Both the position numbers and the translations under genes were made by a program. Below, piece after piece: positions 28,545 to 37,486 of a DNA stretch of 49,190 nt. The first letter of the stretch is position 1; each line of letters starts with the position of its first letter. The notes beneath the pieces are model-generated. The model made no database searches. It had not been told where the DNA came from and was given only the letters and a program-made list of their open reading frames with translations. The DNA is from a virus (lineage: Duplodnaviria > Caudoviricetes), in the IMG/VR virus record IMGVR_UViG_3300020514_000004, positions 1 through 49,190 of that record, one strand, 5' to 3'.

Positions 28545-28873
28545 ACGCCGACTGGAAGTTGATGAGCCGGTTCCTGAGCGACATGGCCCACAAATATGGG
28601 GTCGGCCTGTCCACGCCCGCTGCGCAGAATGGATTCCGGCAGGTGGGGGAGAAGGGGTTCCTGCCGGTGGACGAACTGGAGCGCAAGTTCAGCAAGCTGA
28701 CGCCCAAGGGAATCCGCCGCTGGCTGTGGGAGGTCCGGTACAATCCCGTGTGGCAGGAGCCAGACGTGCTGGTGTACGTGGAGCGTGAGTCCCCCACCAG
28801 CTGGGTTGGCATGGTTGGACGCGTGGGTTCGCCCGACGCTGAGGACGCAATCGTGTTTACGGAGGCCGCATAA
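28541..28873 (+). CDS. Hypothetical protein
   Basis: 110 aa, coupled at both ends. Confidence 0.65.
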   Translation: MNADWKLMSRFLSDMAHKYGVGLSTPAAQNGFRQVGEKGFLPVDELERKFSKLTPKGIRRWLWEVRYNPVWQEPDVLVYVERESPTSWVGMVGRVGSPDAEDAIVFTEAA

Positions 28874-29292
28874 TGCCCGCTTGGCTTGGTCCACTGGCTA
28901 TCGGTGCTGGAAGTGCCCTTGCGGGTTCGCTGCCGTTCTTGCTGATGGGCAACGGGATGCCGAGCGAAGAGGAGCAGGAGCGGATGCTGCGGAGGCAGCT
29001 CGAGATCCAGGACGAGTTCGAGCAGCGCAGAGGGGGCCGTGGCGGTGAACTTGAGGGGCTGGTGGGGGGCGAGCCGAGTTCTCTTGCCGCGCTGATCGCG
29101 GAGCGGAACCTGACCGGCGAGGCCGCGGACGTGGCTGAGCGCATGGGCAGGACGGAGCGGCGCAGGCCCTCGTACATGGATGACCTTGAACGGATCCTCG
29201 CTGGGCAGGAGGCGCGCATCGCGTCGATCCAGCAGCAGCGGACCCTGACGCCTTACGAGATCATGCAGATGGTGGAGGCAATGCGTGGCTAA
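28873..29292 (+). CDS. Hypothetical protein with hydrophobic N-terminus
   Basis: GGAGG RBS, TAATG coupling. Confidence 0.65.
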   Translation: MPAWLGPLAIGAGSALAGSLPFLLMGNGMPSEEEQERMLRRQLEIQDEFEQRRGGRGGELEGLVGGEPSSLAALIAERNLTGEAADVAERMGRTERRRPSYMDDLERILAGQEARIASIQQQRTLTPYEIMQMVEAMRG

Positions 29293-29818
29293 ACGCGGAC
29301 GCCGCCGGGTTCCCCCAGGGGTTGCCATGTACCCCGAGCCGATTGGACCGATGCCCACGCTTGGGCCTCCGGTCCCCGATGTCATGCGCAAGCCCCGCGA
29401 ACAGCGGATGGCTGGCAAGATGGCTAACCTGCGCGGTGCGAAGGTGCGGCGCAACGTGGGCATCGGCGCATTGGCTGGGCTTGGTGGGGTCGCGCTTGGC
29501 ACGGGGGCGGTGAAGGTGGGTCTGAGGGCTGCGGGCCTGGATGACGAGAGCCTGATGCGCAAGGCAATGGCGGACCTGATGGCCTCCCAGGCCCGGTCCG
29601 AACTTGATGCGCGCCGGGCTGAGGCAACTGGCCGGTCCATGCAGCAGGCCATCGAGCAAAACCTTGGGCGGCTTCAGGCTGCTGCACCGGACGTGTATGC
29701 GTCCGTGGCCGCTGGTCGCAGGTTGCCCCAAGGTGCTGTCGTTCTCGGGGGTGCACCCCGACAGGATTTGTTGAACGAACTTGGCCGCGCTATGGCAGAC
29801 GGCAGGTTCTCCCGCTAA
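29285..29818 (+). CDS. Hypothetical protein with a Gly-rich hydrophobic segment
   Basis: GGAGG RBS; VGIGALAGLGGVALGTGAV. Confidence 0.65.
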   Translation: MAKRGRRRVPPGVAMYPEPIGPMPTLGPPVPDVMRKPREQRMAGKMANLRGAKVRRNVGIGALAGLGGVALGTGAVKVGLRAAGLDDESLMRKAMADLMASQARSELDARRAEATGRSMQQAIEQNLGRLQAAAPDVYASVAAGRRLPQGAVVLGGAPRQDLLNELGRAMADGRFSR

Positions 29819-29842
29819 ACTTCCGATTCAAGGAGCAAGACC

Positions 29843-30259
29843 ATGCCTGGCGAAAACGTCCTTCCCAACGAGCACTACCCCGACTACTTCCAGATCGTCA
29901 GCGTGAACATGAACCACGCCGACGTGCCTGCGGCTCTTGACTGCGTTCCGATCATGTACGTCGAGCCGCGCGCAACCAATGGAACCGGCATTGTTGTTGA
30001 TGACATCATTATCGGGGTCCAGGTGGTCGATGCTGGCGAGGATGTCGAACTGATCTACTCGACCGATCCGAACGCCACGACCGGCACTTCGCTCCAGACG
30101 GCAGTGACCAGCGTCGCTACTGTGGGGACGTACGAGCCGACGATCAACACCGCAAACAATTTTGTTCCTGCGGGCAACTGGATCCTCGCCAAGTTCTCGG
30201 ATGGCGTTGATACGGCTCACATCGCCGTGACGATCCGCTTCCGTTCCCGGCAGAAGTAA
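29843..30259 (+). CDS. Putative virion decoration/structural protein
   Basis: AAGGAG RBS, beta-rich, 138 aa. Confidence 0.5.
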   Translation: MPGENVLPNEHYPDYFQIVSVNMNHADVPAALDCVPIMYVEPRATNGTGIVVDDIIIGVQVVDAGEDVELIYSTDPNATTGTSLQTAVTSVATVGTYEPTINTANNFVPAGNWILAKFSDGVDTAHIAVTIRFRSRQK

Positions 30260-30292
30260 TCTTCCCCACGCACTCTCACCTAGGACACGACC

Positions 30293-30730
30293 ATGGCAGT
30301 AATCGGCGCAACGCAGCTCACTCCTCCCGCCCAGCAGTACTACATCCCCTGCGGCACTTCCGGTCTTTCGACCGGCGGCGCTCTGGCTGCGGGTGCGGCT
30401 AGCTACATCTACTTCGTGACGCCCTGCCCGGGCTACGTCACGAGCATCCGCGTGTTCAAGGCTGCTGGCGTTTCTGCCGGCACGCTCACCGCTGGCTACA
30501 CCACCGACCTGACCGGCGCGACTGCGCTGACCACCAGCAACTTCGGTGATTCGGCAGTTAACGACGCGCAAAGCGTGACCCTGACCCTGCCGATTGCGAA
30601 GAGCGGCGTGACCGACGACGAGAAGCCGCTTCTCCTCCCGGCCAACGTCGGCGTGGGCTTCCTTGCCAACGCCAGCGTGGTTAACACCTCGCGCGTGGTT
30701 GGTGTGGCTGTCACCTTCCGTCCGGCCTGA
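30293..30730 (+). CDS. Putative virion decoration/structural protein
   Basis: Thr/Ala/Val-rich, 145 aa, capsid-like codon bias. Confidence 0.5.
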   Translation: MAVIGATQLTPPAQQYYIPCGTSGLSTGGALAAGAASYIYFVTPCPGYVTSIRVFKAAGVSAGTLTAGYTTDLTGATALTTSNFGDSAVNDAQSVTLTLPIAKSGVTDDEKPLLLPANVGVGFLANASVVNTSRVVGVAVTFRPA

Positions 30731-30745
30731 CAAAGGGGGTGACGG

Positions 30746-33700
30746 GTGTTTGACCCGGTTCGCTCCTACGACAAGCCCGCTGTCATCCTGACGCAGCTGG
30801 CAAACGGAATCGCGACCACCGACTCGGTGCGTCGCGTTCTGTTTGATCCGGCAGCACTGAGCCCCCGCGAGCGAGAGTCCTTCAAGGACAAACTCAAGGC
30901 TGAGTACGGGGGGAACGCCGCATCGGATACGGTCGTGGACGTCTTGACGAACCCGCTGGTGTGGATGGGCGTGCTTGCCTCGGCAGGTGGGGCCCCTGGC
31001 GTGCGGAACGTGATGGCTGGCAGGCGGTTCTTTGCCGCTGGTGGGGTGGGGTCGTATGCGGTTGCGAAGTGGCCGATGCTGCGGTTCCTTCGGCTGACGA
31101 GCGGCGCGATGGAGAGCCAGGGCCAGCGCATCGGGCTGGTCATGCAGGGTGCCATCAGCGACATGGGCGAGGTCCGTACCCGATTGGGCACGGTCATGGA
31201 AGGCGAGGTCGAGAGGCTGCTCAACGCGCTGAGCAAGAAGCACGGCGTGAAGGTAACGAGGCTGGAGCCCGAGAACGCGCCCAACGAGGCGGTGGCCCGT
31301 GACCTTCGTGACATCCGCAGCGTGATTGCCGTGCGGACGCTGGGGTGGGACAAGGACCGGACGGAGCGGGTCGTGGCCGGCGTTGTGCCCAAGCAGCGGT
31401 TCGTGCGCGTGGGGTACCGGGACGCGGAGGGCAAGAAGAAGGTACGGACGATCCAGGTCACGGACGAGGTGTTCGAGGACCTGTACTCACGGGAGCAGGG
31501 AAGCCTGAACGGCAACCGGCTCAAGTCCGCCAAGCACGCCGCAGTCCTTGCCGAGATGCCGGGCCTTGAGGCTGGCGAGACGATGCTGCAGTCGATGGGG
31601 CGGCTGAACAACGAGATGGTCCGGTTCAAGCTGGGCCTGAAGAAGGACGCCCCACGGGGGGCGATGAACCGGTCGGACGCTTCGCTCAGCCTGACGGACA
31701 TCGAGCAGGGCGGGGCACGGGTGCGGTTCGAGGACCTGGCCCGCAAGAAGCTGGTCCGGGACGATTCGGCATTGCGGGCGGTGGAGCGGGAGTTCGGGCT
31801 GGACGGGTTCATCGAAGCCCAGCGGAAGTTCTACGAGATGGGGCGGGTGTACCTGGCGGGCGACGAGGCTGCGTATGCACGCGGCGACGGGTTCGTGCTC
31901 GACCGCAAGAAGCTCCTGAACCTCGTGCGCGGGAAGCTGCAGGGCCTGAAGAACGCGAATTTCATGAGCGAGTCCGGGCAACTGATGGCTGGTGGGGAAG
32001 AGGCGGTCAGGGCCCTGCTGAGCGATGAGGTCAGCAGCCGTCTGATGGCGTCTGCGGAGAAGCGGACCCGCCGGATCTCGAGGGGCATGACGGCTCAGGA
32101 GATCGAGAACGTCGTGGTGGAGGCGTACTCGGAGGGGTTCAAGGACCCCTACTACATGCCCCGCAACACGGTCGAGGCTCGGGACCGGATGGGTCGGCGC
32201 ATGCGGTACAACCCCTACACGGGTGAGGAAGCGACCGATGCGACGCAGGGATCGGACATGATCCCGAGCGGTCGGACGCTGATGCGTTCCCGCAAGTCCG
32301 CGATTGGCTGGGACCCCAACGACTTGATCTACATCCGCGACCGGTTCGGTGGCACGGGCCACATGCAGAAGCTGATCCGCGTCGCCCAGCGCAGGGTGGA
32401 GGGGCAGCTCGCGGAGCAGAACATGGCGCGCGTCATGCGTCTTGCGCCCGACGTTGCGGCCAGCAAGTACGTGGCGAGCGTTGCCCGTGACTACGCGCTG
32501 TTCAGCAAGGACGTGTCGGCGGACGAAGCAACCAAGGCCATTGTCCGTGACTTCGGGCCGGGCGCGTTCAACAAGGCACGGTTGCCGGGTCCGCTTGGAG
32601 CTGCACGCGAGGGCGGGGCTCCGGTGGGGGTCCGGGACCTGGGCGAGGTGGAAGAGGCGCAGAGGCCGCTGGGTGCGTACAACCGGTTCGACCTGATTGA
32701 CGGCGACCTCCGGGCGATGGACAAGGCGAACCCCGAGGACAAGTACCTCGTGGACCAGTGGCGCAGGAACATCATCCCTGCCTCCATCGGCATCAAGCCG
32801 CTCGAGGACGGGGTGCACGCCGCGGTGTCGAGCCAGTTCCGCGAGGGTGCGCGCAGGCTTGCGGACAGCGGGCTGATGAAGGCGGTCGAGCGCAGCGGTG
32901 GGTACGCAGCGAAGTTCGTGCAGCAGCTCCGGGCCTGGGGCAACGACGTGGCTGCGGACGAGTTCCTGCCGTGGCAGGCAGCCACCCGTCTGATGTATGG
33001 CAGCCACATGGGCCTGAACATGGGCACCGTTCTCATCAACCTGCTGCAGCCGCTCCAGAGCGTGCATCAGCTGGGGTTCAAGAACACGGTCAAGGCCTAC
33101 GCCCAGAGCTTCGAGCAGATCGGCACGTACCTGAAGGTACGGAAGCAACTCGGCCCTGGCGCAAGCCAGGCGGAACTACGCGCTGCGCTCAGCAGCGCAT
33201 TCCGCCGCCGATTCGGGGCTGATACCGTGGACATCTCCGGTATCGCCGACATCGGGAGCACATGGGGTACGGTTGAGCAGACGGGATACGCCACCCGCCC
33301 ACTGGTGGGGAAGCCGCAGTTCAGCCTGCTTGAGACGCTGATGAAGCCGTTCCAGCTCAGCGAGACGCTGAACCGGACGGTGACCGCCAACGCCATCCTC
33401 AACGCGTACGAGGGATCAGGGCGGGTGGGGGTCGGCAACCTGCAGCGCGCTGAGCAGGACGCGGCCATGGCCGTGCAGCAGTTCCAGTTCGGCAGCAGCC
33501 CGATCAATCGTCCTGCGCTGTTCTACCTGCCTGTGCTGAGGGAGCCGCTGTTCCGGCAGTTCGCGCAGTACGGCCTGCGCTCGTTTGCCAACATCTTCGC
33601 GGTGCCCCGCATGATTGACCCCACCAGGCCCATGCCGGTTCTGCAGGACCTGGCGAAGATGGCTGCGGTCAGTGCGGTGGCGTACGAGGTGGGCAAGAAC

Positions 33701-34453
33701 GCGCTGGGCGTGGACCTGAGCAGGGGCCTGGCGTTCGGCTTCACGGACATCGTGGGGGGACAGCAGGCGTTGCAGGGCGACCAGCCTCCGCTGTACATCC
33801 CACCCGCGGTGGACGTGGGCTGGAACGCGGTGAAGTTCCTGGGCACCGGTGATGCCGAGATCCTGCAGGACGTGCTTCCCCGCGTGATCCCGGGCGGCGT
33901 GGCCGTGAGCCGGCTGATCGGCACGATGCCTCCGACCGAGACCCTGCAGGCGGTGGGTCTGCAAAGGACGTTTGCGGACTGGCGTCAGGCCGAGAGCGGG
34001 ATGGTGCCGGTGTACAACACGGACGGCAGGTTCATGGGACAGTACCCCACCAGCGACGTGGTGCTCCGTGCGTTCGGTGCGGACCTGGGGCGGTTCGGGA
34101 ATCCGCAGGAGCTGAGCCAGTTCCTGCTGAAAAACCGGGACGCCATCCGCGAGGGGCGCAGGCAATACATCGCTGCGGTGCTCGGCAACAACATGAGCGC
34201 GGCCAAGCGCGTGAAGGTGGACTTCGAGAAGCGGTTCGGCATGCCGCTGACCGTGACGCAGGACCAGATGAAGCAGGCGGTCAAGCTGCGGGAGGAGAGC
34301 GTGGTCGGCCGCACGCTGGAGACGATGGACGTCACTGCACGCGACATGTATCGGCAGGCTGTCGAGGAGACGCTGCCCGGTCAGCTCATGGCTGGTGGGG
34401 TTCCCGGCAGGCCCACGGAGCAGGGCGACATGTACCGCTGGGGCTACCGCTAG
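30746..34453 (+). CDS. Large putative internal virion/ejection protein
   Basis: 1235 aa helical protein ending the structural arm; no catalytic motif recognised. Confidence 0.6.
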   Translation: MFDPVRSYDKPAVILTQLANGIATTDSVRRVLFDPAALSPRERESFKDKLKAEYGGNAASDTVVDVLTNPLVWMGVLASAGGAPGVRNVMAGRRFFAAGGVGSYAVAKWPMLRFLRLTSGAMESQGQRIGLVMQGAISDMGEVRTRLGTVMEGEVERLLNALSKKHGVKVTRLEPENAPNEAVARDLRDIRSVIAVRTLGWDKDRTERVVAGVVPKQRFVRVGYRDAEGKKKVRTIQVTDEVFEDLYSREQGSLNGNRLKSAKHAAVLAEMPGLEAGETMLQSMGRLNNEMVRFKLGLKKDAPRGAMNRSDASLSLTDIEQGGARVRFEDLARKKLVRDDSALRAVEREFGLDGFIEAQRKFYEMGRVYLAGDEAAYARGDGFVLDRKKLLNLVRGKLQGLKNANFMSESGQLMAGGEEAVRALLSDEVSSRLMASAEKRTRRISRGMTAQEIENVVVEAYSEGFKDPYYMPRNTVEARDRMGRRMRYNPYTGEEATDATQGSDMIPSGRTLMRSRKSAIGWDPNDLIYIRDRFGGTGHMQKLIRVAQRRVEGQLAEQNMARVMRLAPDVAASKYVASVARDYALFSKDVSADEATKAIVRDFGPGAFNKARLPGPLGAAREGGAPVGVRDLGEVEEAQRPLGAYNRFDLIDGDLRAMDKANPEDKYLVDQWRRNIIPASIGIKPLEDGVHAAVSSQFREGARRLADSGLMKAVERSGGYAAKFVQQLRAWGNDVAADEFLPWQAATRLMYGSHMGLNMGTVLINLLQPLQSVHQLGFKNTVKAYAQSFEQIGTYLKVRKQLGPGASQAELRAALSSAFRRRFGADTVDISGIADIGSTWGTVEQTGYATRPLVGKPQFSLLETLMKPFQLSETLNRTVTANAILNAYEGSGRVGVGNLQRAEQDAAMAVQQFQFGSSPINRPALFYLPVLREPLFRQFAQYGLRSFANIFAVPRMIDPTRPMPVLQDLAKMAAVSAVAYEVGKNALGVDLSRGLAFGFTDIVGGQQALQGDQPPLYIPPAVDVGWNAVKFLGTGDAEILQDVLPRVIPGGVAVSRLIGTMPPTETLQAVGLQRTFADWRQAESGMVPVYNTDGRFMGQYPTSDVVLRAFGADLGRFGNPQELSQFLLKNRDAIREGRRQYIAAVLGNNMSAAKRVKVDFEKRFGMPLTVTQDQMKQAVKLREESVVGRTLETMDVTARDMYRQAVEETLPGQLMAGGVPGRPTEQGDMYRWGYR

Positions 34454-34896
34454 AGCGAGAACCAGAGCTGCAGCTGCTTGCCGGGCAGGTAACGGACACC
34501 GGCGGGCACGCGCCTGCGGTCGAAGCGGGTCTCCGCAAAGTCGCGGTTCGTGCTTCGTTCGATGATGCTCGTCATCTGCTGCTGCCCGGATTCCTGGATG
34601 CGGGCAGACACCACGAGTTCGTTGGTGGGCAGGCGGTAGAGCCCGATGGATGCTTCCTGTCCGCACCATGTGATGTCAGGGTATTTGCCCTCGAAGTGGC
34701 GCACGGCGTCCTGGGGGTGGGTGCCTCGGGGGCAGTGCACGACCACACCCCACCAGCCTGTGGGTGCGCGGTAGATGCCGCAGTATGCGGGCAGGGGTTC
34801 GGTGGTGTCGATGTAGGGGGAGGGGCCCGTGATGGACAGGGGCTCTCCTGAGTGCTTCGAGATGACTGCGGACAGGCCGTGTTCAGACTGATGCAC
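34450..34896 (-). CDS. Hypothetical protein ending KQLQLWFSL
   Basis: Track ORF 34450..34929; probable GTG at 34896; its stop overlaps the convergent stop (CTAG). Confidence 0.6.
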   Translation of the reverse strand: MHQSEHGLSAVISKHSGEPLSITGPSPYIDTTEPLPAYCGIYRAPTGWWGVVVHCPRGTHPQDAVRHFEGKYPDITWCGQEASIGLYRLPTNELVVSARIQESGQQQMTSIIERSTNRDFAETRFDRRRVPAGVRYLPGKQLQLWFSL

Positions 34897-35320
34897 GCTT
34901 TGATTGTACGAGTTCCTTGAGCTCGACAATCACCGATTCGCACTCAAGCAGGTAGTCCAGCACACCCTTGCTGCCCACGCCCTTGAGGCACATACGCTCC
35001 ACCTCCAGCGCGATGTGGCTGCGGAGCTTGCGGTTCTCCTCGCCGGCTAGGGCCAGGTTGCGGAAGTGGTCGGGGTTGATCTTGTGGGTGCGCTCGACCT
35101 GGACCCGGCCGTTGATGCGCTTCCAGTTGTTGATGATGTGATCGCTTTCCCGCGTGGTCTGCGTCATGTACGTCACCGTCACGGTGGATTCGCTCTCGTC
35201 CACGATGAAGTTGACGTTGGTCGGTCCGTGTCCTGTTGCCTGCACTACATCTGCAACGTGATTCCCGACATCCCCTGCGGATGAAAGCGGCAGTTGGTAG
35301 ACGAACCGTGTCTCGTACAT
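34883..35320 (-). CDS. Hypothetical protein
   Basis: 145 aa with GGAG RBS. Confidence 0.72.
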   Translation of the reverse strand: MYETRFVYQLPLSSAGDVGNHVADVVQATGHGPTNVNFIVDESESTVTVTYMTQTTRESDHIINNWKRINGRVQVERTHKINPDHFRNLALAGEENRKLRSHIALEVERMCLKGVGSKGVLDYLLECESVIVELKELVQSKRASV

Positions 35321-35449
35321 TTGTTCTCCCCCCTCCGGAAACCCCCCGGTCGCTCTCCGTCGTGCGGGGCAACCGGGGGGCTATCCGGGGGACTATGAGG
35401 GGGAGGGCGCCTTGCGAGCAACCCTCCCCCGGCTGGTGGGGTACCGGGT

Positions 35450-35458
35450 AGTGTAGCA
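35450..35458 (-). promoter_or_regulatory. Candidate extended -10 promoter
   Basis: TGCTACACT on the minus strand just after the SSB stop, upstream of a structured leader. Confidence 0.4.
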
Positions 35459-35462
35459 GGAA

Positions 35463-35984
35463 TCAGCCGGCAAGGGGCTTCACGAGGAAGTCCTTGCGGT
35501 AAGTCTTGCCGTTGACGTTGTCGTACTGGCACTTGACCACGACGGCGACCGCGTCCTGGCCGTTGATCTTGGCATCGGCGTCCGCCAGGGCGGTACCGAT
35601 ATCCTTGACGTCGCGGCGCAGGATGGTCTGGAGGTGACCCTTCAGGCGGCGGGCCTCGATCTCGACGCGCATGCGGCCCTTGTCGTCCAGGACGCTGGTG
35701 TCCTGGGGCAGACGGAAGGCGGCACCGTCGAAGGAGCGCGGCTCGTTCGGCTGGTCGGTGTCGTTGATCAGCTGGTAGCGGAACACGATCTCCGTGCCGG
35801 CCACCTTCTGACCGTCAGGCAGCTTGTACTCGCTCGGGCGGACGTTGAGGCTGGACACGAACACCTCGTGCTGACCCTCTGCCGGCCACCAGCCGCCAGC
35901 GCCCATGCCGTTGTCCGGCTGCACGTTGGCGAAGGTGTTGTTGAGCGAGTTGAACATGGCCTTGACGTTGTTCTCAATGGGCAT
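35463..35984 (-). CDS. Putative ssDNA-binding protein, DUF669-like
   Basis: Start MPIENNVK after TACGGAG; WPAEGQHEVFV, YDNVNGKTY; directly downstream of the Sak4-like ATPase. Confidence 0.6.
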   Translation of the reverse strand: MPIENNVKAMFNSLNNTFANVQPDNGMGAGGWWPAEGQHEVFVSSLNVRPSEYKLPDGQKVAGTEIVFRYQLINDTDQPNEPRSFDGAAFRLPQDTSVLDDKGRMRVEIEARRLKGHLQTILRRDVKDIGTALADADAKINGQDAVAVVVKCQYDNVNGKTYRKDFLVKPLAG

Positions 35985-36058
35985 CTGATTCTCCGTAGAG
36001 ATGGGTGAAAGAAACGAAACAAACGAAACGATGGGTGGAAGCGAACGCGACCCCCGCG

Positions 36059-36958
36059 TCAGCGGGACGCGTTCGCGCTCTCGTAAGCAGCGCAGAAGGA
36101 TTGCCACGCGTTGTCGCGGGGGAGCTCAATGGTGGTGAGCGGCGACAGCGTGCGGACCTTGGCGATGCCCTCGAGCTTCGGGTTGTCGAAGGAGCAGTAG
36201 TGGCGGCGCACCTTCTCCTGGCTGGTAACGCGGCGCGTGACTACCTTGCCGCCCACGTTGGTCTCCTGATCCCGGCTGATCTCCCGCACGTCCCACTGCG
36301 CGGTGATCGGGATGACGATGTCGAACATGGGGAACATGCGGGCGTACAGGCCGTCCGAGATGAGGATCTTGTACTCCTCGACGTTCTGGTTCTCGCTGAG
36401 GGGAACGTGCTTGCGGGACAGGTGAGCGATGTAGTAGACGCCGTAACCGTGCCGGCGCAGGACAGTGCCGAACTCGATCAGGGTGTCGAACAGGCGTTCC
36501 CAGCCCAGCCGGCCGTCGACGTCGGTGAACCGCTCGCGGCCGTAGATCTTGGCGATGTGCGGACGGAGGAGCCGGATGGCTGCACCGAGCGTGTCGATCA
36601 CCACGGTCTCGGGCCGCGGCTGGTTGGCCTTCGCCAGTTCAATGAGCACCTTCTGCTTCGCCTCGAGTGCGGACCAGTCGAGCACGATGGGATTTCCCTT
36701 CTCGTCCACTGATCGGCCGTCAGGACCGGGGGTGGGGAACATGACCGCTTCGCTGGTCCCGCAGACCGCAGGAGTCTCGTCAAGGTTGAGGATGTACGCG
36801 CCAGGGTGGGACTGGAGGAGAAAAGACTTGCCGCAGCCAGCCTCGCCAACCACCAGGCCAAGCATGCGGGCAGGAGTAGTGCGACCAGTGGTGACTGCAT
36901 TGCCGAGACCAGCGTACTTGGATGCGACAGTGGTGCCGTGCGTGACGGAGTGTGTCAT
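36059..36958 (-). CDS. Sak4-like/AAA_24 ATPase (ssDNA-annealing recombinase)
   Basis: Walker A GEAGCGKS, Walker B TVVIDTL, YYIAH; nuclease-ATPase-SSB synteny. Confidence 0.78.
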   Translation of the reverse strand: MTHSVTHGTTVASKYAGLGNAVTTGRTTPARMLGLVVGEAGCGKSFLLQSHPGAYILNLDETPAVCGTSEAVMFPTPGPDGRSVDEKGNPIVLDWSALEAKQKVLIELAKANQPRPETVVIDTLGAAIRLLRPHIAKIYGRERFTDVDGRLGWERLFDTLIEFGTVLRRHGYGVYYIAHLSRKHVPLSENQNVEEYKILISDGLYARMFPMFDIVIPITAQWDVREISRDQETNVGGKVVTRRVTSQEKVRRHYCSFDNPKLEGIAKVRTLSPLTTIELPRDNAWQSFCAAYESANASR

Positions 36959-36979
36959 GATGACTCCTTGGGTTTGCGG

Positions 36980-37486
36980 TCAGTTGCCGTAGTTGTTGTC
37001 CCCGATGAACGTCGGGGCACGAAACCCACCCGGCAGGATGGTGGGCATGTTGTCGTTGAACGCCTCGAGGGGGATCTCCCGGGCAGCCGGTCCGTCCCAC
37101 TGCACCGGTGCGTCCGGGTCCCCCGGCTCCTCGTCCTGCACGATCTGCTGCCTCATCGGCTGGGTGGGGGCAGCAGGCATGGGCCCGATGAAGTCCGGGG
37201 CAGGCCGGGGCATCTCCCGCCAGCCGGGGATGCTGACCTCGATGCGCTTCTTGAAGTTGATGCCCAGGTCCTCGCACCACCCGCTGAAGGTGGAGTAGGA
37301 AGGACGCACCTCGTGCATCTGGCAGAACGCCCGGTGGAGCTGCTGCCTGTTCTCGATGTCCGGCACGTCCCGCACGGTGCGGGCAATGCGTGGGGCGATG
37401 ACAAGACGCAGGCACTCCATCCACATGGCCGGTCCAAGGACCGCTCGTGTGGCTTCCTGGCTGGTGGGGTTAGCCGCTTCCTCCAT
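36980..37486 (-). CDS. Hypothetical protein
   Basis: 168 aa with GGAG RBS. Confidence 0.65.
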   Translation of the reverse strand: MEEAANPTSQEATRAVLGPAMWMECLRLVIAPRIARTVRDVPDIENRQQLHRAFCQMHEVRPSYSTFSGWCEDLGINFKKRIEVSIPGWREMPRPAPDFIGPMPAAPTQPMRQQIVQDEEPGDPDAPVQWDGPAAREIPLEAFNDNMPTILPGGFRAPTFIGDNNYGN

